DNA of 64,000 nucleotides from assembly GCA_002753465.1 (NCBI GenBank), contig PEAF01000003.1:13551-77550 (forward strand), in the 5' to 3' direction. This stretch comes from Candidatus Omnitrophota bacterium (GTDB lineage Bacteria; Omnitrophota; Gorgyraeia; Zapsychrales; Fredricksoniimonadaceae). Of this stretch, positions 57,915 to 64,000 are shown piece after piece. The position numbers were made by a program, and so were the translations under genes. The notes below the pieces were generated by a model. It saw only the letters and a list, made by a program, of their open reading frames with translations. It was not told the origin of the DNA and made no database searches. Numbering within the stretch: the stretch's first letter is position 1; each line of letters starts with the position of its first letter.

Positions 57915-58451
57915 ATGCAAGAAGATCAAATGAAAAAACTTCTGATTGCATCCGTCGAAGAAACTTTTCTGACAACTTTTAACGGATGTCCTGAAGTCAT
58001 ATATTTTGATAACTTCAATGATATGGAAGAAGAATGCGTCATCAGCTCCATCGGTTTTAACGGAACACTTGAAGGGACCTGTGCCCTTTGTCTACCCGAT
58101 TCAAGCGCTTGCACCATGGTCTCACGGATGATGAATCAGGAGGTTACCGAAGTCAGCGCTGAGATCATTGACGGCATTGGTGAAATGGTGAATATTATCC
58201 TTGGCGGGATAAAAATGAAGCTGCAAGGAACAGAGTTTGACTTTAATATCAGCGTCCCAAGCTGTATTAAAGGAAGCCGTATGGTCATTCTTTCAGACAT
58301 TAAAAAGACGGTCACCATCAGCGTAAAATATAAGTTTGAGAACATCCTTTTTGTTATAAGCCTGATGTATAAAGTTAAAGCAAAAGTCGATGGTGAGGCC
58401 GTAAAAAAGCTGGCGCTGGAACGCCTCAGGAATCTTGGAATGAAGAAATAA
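57915..58451 (+). CDS. CheX/CheC-like CheY-P phosphatase family protein
   Basis: IDGIGEMVNIILGGIK...SVP fits the D/S-x3-E-x2-N-x~22-P motif. This is the only plus-strand gene in the window. The start may be 57933 (MKKLL). Its 3' end overlaps folK convergently by 26 nt. Confidence 0.7.
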   Translation: MQEDQMKKLLIASVEETFLTTFNGCPEVIYFDNFNDMEEECVISSIGFNGTLEGTCALCLPDSSACTMVSRMMNQEVTEVSAEIIDGIGEMVNIILGGIKMKLQGTEFDFNISVPSCIKGSRMVILSDIKKTVTISVKYKFENILFVISLMYKVKAKVDGEAVKKLALERLRNLGMKK

Positions 58452-58854
58452 GCCCATCTGGCTCAATTTCCAGAAGCGGTATCATTACAAAATCACGCAC
58501 CCGCATCCTGGGATGAGGTATAACAAGATGAGGGGTGTTTAAATGAATGCCTTCATACAATAAAATATCTATATCGATCGTGCGCGGACCATTCTTAACG
58601 GCACGAATTCGACCTAAATCCCCCTCAACCTTTTGTAAAACAACCAGCAATTCATGAGGGTTCAGCGCTGTTTCAGCTTTTAAGACCGCATTAAGAAAAA
58701 GACCCTGTGGAGGGCCTCCAACAGGGTTAGTCTCAATAATTGTTGATAGTCGTACTTTCCTGACACCGCGCTCATTGAGCAAGGTGACCGCTTCATGGAT
58801 ATTCTTACATCGATCACCCAGATTGGAACCTAAACCTAAATAAACAATGGGCAA
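58426..58854 (-). CDS. folK: 2-amino-4-hydroxy-6-hydroxymethyldihydropteridine diphosphokinase
   Basis: IVYLGLGSNLGDR, GPRTIDIDILLY, PHPRMRVRDFV. Confidence 0.9.
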   Translation of the reverse strand: MPIVYLGLGSNLGDRCKNIHEAVTLLNERGVRKVRLSTIIETNPVGGPPQGLFLNAVLKAETALNPHELLVVLQKVEGDLGRIRAVKNGPRTIDIDILLYEGIHLNTPHLVIPHPRMRVRDFVMIPLLEIEPDGLISSFQDS

Positions 58855-58869
58855 AACAGTCTCCCCTGA

Positions 58870-60033
58870 CTAGGCAAGAACTTTTGCCATACGTTCAACC
58901 GCTTCATGTATCCGTTCGACAGAAATAGTAAGTGACATCCGAACATATCCCTCGCCACATTTACCAAAGCCAACACCAGGGGTCATAACAATATTCGCCT
59001 CATCCAGGAACGCCTTGGCACAGGTCATAGAATCAGGAAATTTTGACGGGATCTTTGCCCATACATAAAATGCAGCCTTGGGTGGATCTATCTTCCACCC
59101 TATCGAACGACAGCCGTTAATGAGAGCATCACGCCGTTCCTGGTAAGCTGCACGCATATCCTCAACTTCAGCCGGGTCCATATGCAACGCAGCAATACCG
59201 GCATATTGAATAGCATTAAAAACACCGGAATCAACATTGGATTTGACACGCGCCAAGGCAGCGACCATTTGTGGATTACCGCATGCCCAACCTAAGCGCC
59301 AACCGGTCATGTAATAAGTTTTAGAAAAAGAATGAAACTCAATGGCAATATCCTTCGCCCCTGGTATCTCGAGAATGCTAGGCGGCTTAACACCGTCATA
59401 ATAGACTTCAGAATATGCCAGATCGGAAATGATCATGATATTTTTTTCCGTGCACACACGTACAAGTTCAGTGTAAAACTGCCTATTGGCTACAGCTGAA
59501 GTAGGATTGTTAGGATAGCAAACAATTATAGCCTTGGCATTCTTAGCCTCTTCAATATCGGAAATTTTCGGCAGAAAATTATTGGAAGCTTTTAAAGGTA
59601 GATACTGGATCTTTCCACCTGCAAATGTCACCGCTGCTTGATAAGCCGGATAAGCAGGGTCTGTTAAAAGAACTTTATCCCCAGGATTGATCACCGCTAA
59701 AGGAAAATGTGCCAAACCCTCTTTAGACCCTATAAGCGGATAAATCTCAGTGACGGGATCAAGATCGACATTAAAACGTCCTTTGAACCACTGAGATATC
59801 TCGGTGCGTAATTGAGGGACGCCAGCATCAAAAGGGTAATGGTGGTTACGTCCGTCTTCAACAGCTTTTTTCAACGCATCAATGATGGGCTTGTGTGTTG
59901 TTTGGTCAGGATCGCCTACCCCTAAATTGATCACATCACGCCCTTCAGCCAAAGCAGCACGTTTAGCTTTATCGATCTCAATAAACAAATAAGGAGGTAA
60001 TTGTTTCAAACGCTCTGATATTTCAATATTCAT
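58870..60033 (-). CDS. dapL: LL-diaminopimelate aminotransferase (class I aminotransferase)
   Basis: RLKQLPPYLFIEIDKAKRAALAEGRDVINLGVGDPD, PLP-Lys region SFSKTYYMTGWRLG. It lies in an operon with dapB, dapA, dapF and lysA, and no dapD/dapC/dapE genes are present in the window. Confidence 0.8.
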   Translation of the reverse strand: MNIEISERLKQLPPYLFIEIDKAKRAALAEGRDVINLGVGDPDQTTHKPIIDALKKAVEDGRNHHYPFDAGVPQLRTEISQWFKGRFNVDLDPVTEIYPLIGSKEGLAHFPLAVINPGDKVLLTDPAYPAYQAAVTFAGGKIQYLPLKASNNFLPKISDIEEAKNAKAIIVCYPNNPTSAVANRQFYTELVRVCTEKNIMIISDLAYSEVYYDGVKPPSILEIPGAKDIAIEFHSFSKTYYMTGWRLGWACGNPQMVAALARVKSNVDSGVFNAIQYAGIAALHMDPAEVEDMRAAYQERRDALINGCRSIGWKIDPPKAAFYVWAKIPSKFPDSMTCAKAFLDEANIVMTPGVGFGKCGEGYVRMSLTISVERIHEAVERMAKVLA

Positions 60034-60749
60034 AGGCCTAACACTTCCTGCATGTTAAAGAAACCTTTGTTTTTGATGGCCAGGAACTTGGCAGCGGCTA
60101 ACGCTCCCTCTGCAAACATATCGCGGGTCTTAGCGTTATGCGATATTTCAATAGTATCCACTGAACCCTCAAACCTTACTTTATGGTAGCCGATAACTTC
60201 TCCCTCACGGATAGATGCAATATCAGAAATAGCCTTCCCCGTCACACCTTCAATAACTTCAGCCATTGTTTTTGCTGTTCCAGATGGTGCATCTTTCTTG
60301 TGAATATGATGTGTTTCTGTAATAGCAACGCCATACCCCTTTAAAACAGAAGCCATTTGCTTTAAAAGACCAAAAACAACATTTACACCAATTGACATGT
60401 TGGTAGATTGAACGATCGCTATTTTTTCGGAGGCATTTCTGATCACGCCACGCTGATCATCAGAAAGACCCGTCGTACCAATAACCATACGCACTCCATG
60501 CTTAAGGCAGGCAGCGAGATCATTCATGGTTGGATCAGGCAGTGTAAAATCGATCAGCACATCAGCACCCTGGATCGCATTAATATCCCGAGAGATACTA
60601 ATGCCATGAAGCGTTGCAGGCACATCTGTCCGATTAGGACTTTCAATCAAAGCAACGATCTTGAAGTCCTTGTCATTGGCCGCTAACTCCGTAATGCGCT
60701 GCCCCATACGGCCATAACAACCCGTCACAGCTAACTTGATCATACTCAC
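60030..60749 (-). CDS. dapB: 4-hydroxy-tetrahydrodipicolinate reductase
   Basis: IKLAVTGCYGRMGQ, ETHHIHKKDAPSGTA. Confidence 0.93.
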   Translation of the reverse strand: MSMIKLAVTGCYGRMGQRITELAANDKDFKIVALIESPNRTDVPATLHGISISRDINAIQGADVLIDFTLPDPTMNDLAACLKHGVRMVIGTTGLSDDQRGVIRNASEKIAIVQSTNMSIGVNVVFGLLKQMASVLKGYGVAITETHHIHKKDAPSGTAKTMAEVIEGVTGKAISDIASIREGEVIGYHKVRFEGSVDTIEISHNAKTRDMFAEGALAAAKFLAIKNKGFFNMQEVLGL

Positions 60750-61627
60750 CCCTTCATAAGATCGTAATTCGCCAGAACTTGCTTAAGCTTCTTTAGATTA
60801 TCAGGTTCAAGCTCACACATTGGCAGCCTTAACTTCGCTGAGCAAAGCCCCATTAACCCGCAAGCGGTCTTCACCGGCGCCGGGTTTGTTTCAAGGAACA
60901 TAGCTTTAATGATAGGCAGTAATTTTTCCTGTTTGGCTTCAGCCTCTTTAACTTTACCTTTAAGCATAAGAGCGACAACTTCTGAGACTTCTTTTGGCAT
61001 TATATTGGCCAGGACCGAGATCACGCCGGTACCGCCGAGCTTCATCATCGGGATCGTTAAAGCATCGTCACCGGAAAGAAGGTCGAACGTTTTTCCGCAG
61101 GCTTCTTTAACAGCTTTAGCCTGATCAAGGTTCCCTGACGCTTCTTTGACGCCAATAATATTCTTGCAGTCTTTAGCCAAAGCCTTGATGGTCGATGTTT
61201 CAATATTACGGCTGCAACGGCCTTCAATATTATAAAGGATGATCGGTATCTTAACACTGTCAGCTACAGCCTTAAAATGCAGATAAAGCCCTTTTTGTGT
61301 AGGCTTATTGTAATAAGGCGTAACAACCAAGGCAGCGTCAGCGCCAGATTCTTCGGCATGCCGCGTCAAACGGATCGCCTCTGAAGTTGAGTTTGAACCT
61401 GTGCCTGCAATAACAGGAACACGCTTACGCGCCGCATCGACGGCAATTTCTATGACCTTATCATGCTCTTCATGCGTAAGTGTAGGAGATTCGCCAGTTG
61501 TTCCGCAAGGGACAATGCCTTTAGTCCCGTTCTTGATCTGATATTCGACCAGTTCTGCCAACTTCCACTCATCGACCCCGTGGTCAGTAAAAGGGGTCAC
61601 CAACGCAACAATAGAACCTTTAAACAT
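60746..61627 (-). CDS. dapA: 4-hydroxy-tetrahydrodipicolinate synthase
   Basis: GSIVALVTPF, GTTGESPTL, YNIEGR, GVKEASG. Confidence 0.95.
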   Translation of the reverse strand: MFKGSIVALVTPFTDHGVDEWKLAELVEYQIKNGTKGIVPCGTTGESPTLTHEEHDKVIEIAVDAARKRVPVIAGTGSNSTSEAIRLTRHAEESGADAALVVTPYYNKPTQKGLYLHFKAVADSVKIPIILYNIEGRCSRNIETSTIKALAKDCKNIIGVKEASGNLDQAKAVKEACGKTFDLLSGDDALTIPMMKLGGTGVISVLANIMPKEVSEVVALMLKGKVKEAEAKQEKLLPIIKAMFLETNPAPVKTACGLMGLCSAKLRLPMCELEPDNLKKLKQVLANYDLMKG

Positions 61628-61636
61628 GATCTTCTC

Positions 61637-62485
61637 CTAGGGCTGATAGTAATAATCACCTTTACAAATAAACTTGCCGCTGCCTTTAAGCCATACATTC
61701 GTGATCACAGGCTTGTCGTTAATAATATCAAGGTCAAAAGTTACGTCCAGCACTTCTCCGCTTTTCGTGACAACACGCATCGCCGCGTTATTTATCGGCA
61801 GCAGTTTTTCTATCCCTTGTAAATAACCGATAAGAGCGCAAGCAACGCTTCCTGTGCCGCAGGCCAAAGTTTCTGCCTCGACACCTCGCTCATAAGTACG
61901 CAGCGCAACCACTCCTTCTTTGATCTTCTCTACAAAATTAACATTGGCCCCCTTGGGCGCAAACACACTGTGGTTACGTATAAGCTGCCCCAAGCCATGA
62001 ACATCCATTTCCTGCAAGCCCTGGACAAAAATAACAGCATGCGGAACGCCGGTGTTAATGAAATGCCCGGTTAATTTCTTGTCACCGATCTTTATATCAA
62101 CATTAGGACGGTAATCTTTAGGGTTGCTCAGCTGAACCGTCGCTATTTCACCATCAACCTTGGCACTGATCTTTCCTGCATGTGTTTCCATAGAAAAGAT
62201 TTCTGGAACAACTGCAAACTTACGTGCTACATAAACAGCCATACAGCGTGCTCCGTTACCGCACATTTCCGCTTCAGATCCGTCAGCATTGATAATACGC
62301 ATGCGGTAATCGCAGGATTTAGACTTATCGAGGACCAAAATACCATCGGCGCCAATGCCCATATGCCGGTCACAGGTTTTCCTGGCCAGCACTTGATAAT
62401 CAATGGATGCATCATGGTCGATGACAATAAAATCATTGCCCGCACCCTGCATTTTTACAAAAGGAACCTTTATCATCGTACTCAT
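61637..62485 (-). CDS. dapF: diaminopimelate epimerase
   Basis: FVKMQGAGNDFIVID, MCGNGARC, ACGTGSVA. The ATG at 62485 overlaps the lysA stop (ATGA). The track ORF extends to 62557. Confidence 0.93.
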   Translation of the reverse strand: MSTMIKVPFVKMQGAGNDFIVIDHDASIDYQVLARKTCDRHMGIGADGILVLDKSKSCDYRMRIINADGSEAEMCGNGARCMAVYVARKFAVVPEIFSMETHAGKISAKVDGEIATVQLSNPKDYRPNVDIKIGDKKLTGHFINTGVPHAVIFVQGLQEMDVHGLGQLIRNHSVFAPKGANVNFVEKIKEGVVALRTYERGVEAETLACGTGSVACALIGYLQGIEKLLPINNAAMRVVTKSGEVLDVTFDLDIINDKPVITNVWLKGSGKFICKGDYYYQP

Positions 62486-63759
62486 GTGACAAACTCCGGT
62501 ATATGCGACCCGCGTATGAGATCTTTGAAAACTTCCCGATCCTGCACCACGGCCCATTTATTGCCTTTAACCATTACCTCAGCAGACCGTCCACGAACAT
62601 TATAATTGCTCGACATGGCATATCCATAGGCGCCCGTTGATAGAAGGGCAAGATATTCGCCGTCTTGAATATCGGCAACATCACGATCATGTGCAAAAAC
62701 ATCCCCGCTCTCACAAATAGGCCCGACCACGTCACATGTGATCTTTTTGGCCGCAGAAGCCTTGAGCGGAATGATCTCATGATAAGCGTCATACATGGAT
62801 GGGCGTACCAGATCATTCATACCGGCATCGACGATCATGAACTTTTTAACGCCATTATCCTTAGTGTAAAGCTTCTTGGTAACAAACACACCCGCATTCC
62901 CCACAATAAAACGACCTGGCTCCATGATCAAGCGGAACTTGCGACCTTTAATCAGCGGTAATACTTTGCTGGCATATTCATGAGCCGTCTGGGGATTTTC
63001 ATCTTTATAAAATATTCCCAAACCGCCTCCGATATCAAAATACTCGACCTTTACACCACTCGCCTCTAACGCATCAATGAATGATAAGGTTTTCTTGATA
63101 GCCGTGACAAAGGGCTCACCCTTGGTTATCTGTGAACCGATATGTATGTGGATGCCGTTAATATGCAAACGTTTATAGCTCTTTTGATTCAGGAAGATAC
63201 TTCTTGCCGTCGCAAGATCAATGCCAAACTTTTTCTTCAGGCTACCCGTATTGATCTTGTCATGTGTCGGAGAATCAATGTCAGGATTGATACGTAAAGC
63301 AACCTGAACATTTTTCTTCATTTTCCCGGCTATGCGGTCGATATTCTTAAGCTCAGGCTGTGATTCAACATTAAACAGCAGAATCCCTGCTTTGATCGCA
63401 TCCATGATCTCTTGATCAGTCTTGCCAACAGAGGCATAAACAACCCTGGACATATCAGCCTTGACCATGCGTGCTTTCTGAAGCTCTCCGCCGGAAACGA
63501 TATCAAATCCAGCCCCGTTATTGACCAGAGCCTTTAAAACGGCAAGATTACTGTTGGCCTTCATCGCGAAACAAATGATGGGATCAACAGCTTTAAATGC
63601 CTCAACGATCTTAAGGTAATGTTCCACCAGCGTATTATGGCTGTAAATATAAAGCGGCGTCCCTACTTTTTTGACAATGGACGATATGCGCACGCCTTCA
63701 CAGTAAAGATCTGTTTGCTTATAATGAAAATCGTGGATCGGGTGAGATAACATACTCAT
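62482..63759 (-). CDS. lysA: diaminopimelate decarboxylase
   Basis: GTPLYIYS, FAMKAN, IHIGSQ, GAYGYAMSSNYN. The ATG at 63759 overlaps the argH stop (ATGA). The track start at 63777 is a GTG. Confidence 0.95.
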   Translation of the reverse strand: MSMLSHPIHDFHYKQTDLYCEGVRISSIVKKVGTPLYIYSHNTLVEHYLKIVEAFKAVDPIICFAMKANSNLAVLKALVNNGAGFDIVSGGELQKARMVKADMSRVVYASVGKTDQEIMDAIKAGILLFNVESQPELKNIDRIAGKMKKNVQVALRINPDIDSPTHDKINTGSLKKKFGIDLATARSIFLNQKSYKRLHINGIHIHIGSQITKGEPFVTAIKKTLSFIDALEASGVKVEYFDIGGGLGIFYKDENPQTAHEYASKVLPLIKGRKFRLIMEPGRFIVGNAGVFVTKKLYTKDNGVKKFMIVDAGMNDLVRPSMYDAYHEIIPLKASAAKKITCDVVGPICESGDVFAHDRDVADIQDGEYLALLSTGAYGYAMSSNYNVRGRSAEVMVKGNKWAVVQDREVFKDLIRGSHIPEFVT

Positions 63760-64000
63760 TTTAAACGTTTCTTCCACTTATTGATCTGAACCTTGACCAT
63801 ATCGGGGTTTGTTGAACCCAGGGATTTTTTGACCCGAACTGAAACCTCAGGTTTTAATAAATTCTTAATGTCCTCTTCAAAATGCATTGAATATTTTTTT
63901 AATTGACCAAGAGGCATATCAGATATTTTTCGCCCGTGATCAAGGCATTCCTTAACCATGGCACCGACCGTATCATGCGCATCACGGTAAGAAACACCTT
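63756..64000 (-). CDS. argH: argininosuccinate lyase, C-terminal fragment (5' part lies outside the window)
   Basis: ...HDTVGAMVKECLDHGRKISDMPLGQLKKYSMHFEEDIKNLLKPEVSVRVKKSLGSTNPDMVKVQINKWKKRLK matches the ArgH C-terminal pattern. Confidence 0.85.
   Translation of the reverse strand, partial: GVSYRDAHDTVGAMVKECLDHGRKISDMPLGQLKKYSMHFEEDIKNLLKPEVSVRVKKSLGSTNPDMVKVQINKWKKRLK

Overview
This is a 64-kb chromosomal segment from a diderm bacterium. Secretin, SurA, ExbB/ExbD, YibQ and SecDF are all present. GC looks to be in the low 40s % by eye, and I cannot assign taxonomy from the sequence alone. The segment is very compact and almost unidirectional: I call 68 protein genes and one tRNA, and every gene except a cheX-like one (57915-58451) is on the minus strand. 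Many neighbouring genes are joined by ATGA or TGATG stop/start overlaps. Most of the content is core housekeeping: nnrD-acpS-pdxJ, cdaA-folP-ftsH, tilS, tsaD, ctp, gatCAB, rsmA-pdxA-surA-mfd, secDF-yajC-rpsP, trpE, hisFAHBD, alaS-recX-recA, uvrA, nadX-panC, folK, and a DapL-type lysine operon (dapL-dapB-dapA-dapF-lysA) ending in a partial argH. The part most worth a second look is 36.5-52.9 kb. It holds a type IV pilus / type II secretion hybrid cluster with a secretin, a PilB/GspE ATPase carrying a tandem MshEN motif, PilC/GspF, a GspL-like PilM-PilN fusion, PilO/PilP-like genes and about 9 prepilin-type genes. Three of those are major-pilin paralogs in a perfect 510-bp tandem array. Directly upstream sits a block of TPR protein, ExbB, ExbD, a TonB/TolA-like anchor and a Zn-ribbon protein, and this block is stop/start-coupled to a PilX-like minor pilin. 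Other oddities are:
- a bactofilin fused to an excisionase-type HTH, paired with a tail-anchored HTH protein;
- a 32-aa TM-only remnant of CdaR that is not in the ORF track;
- a minimal 641-aa Mfd lacking most accessory domains;
- a secreted SNase-fold protein with all catalytic residues replaced;
- a small Lys-rich protein with an internal duplication and its own terminator;
- an edge-truncated GT-C glycosyltransferase that is missing from the ORF track;
- an apparent GATC excess.
I saw no CRISPR array, transposase, integrase or rRNA. All calls rest on reading the translations and DNA by eye. No database search was run.
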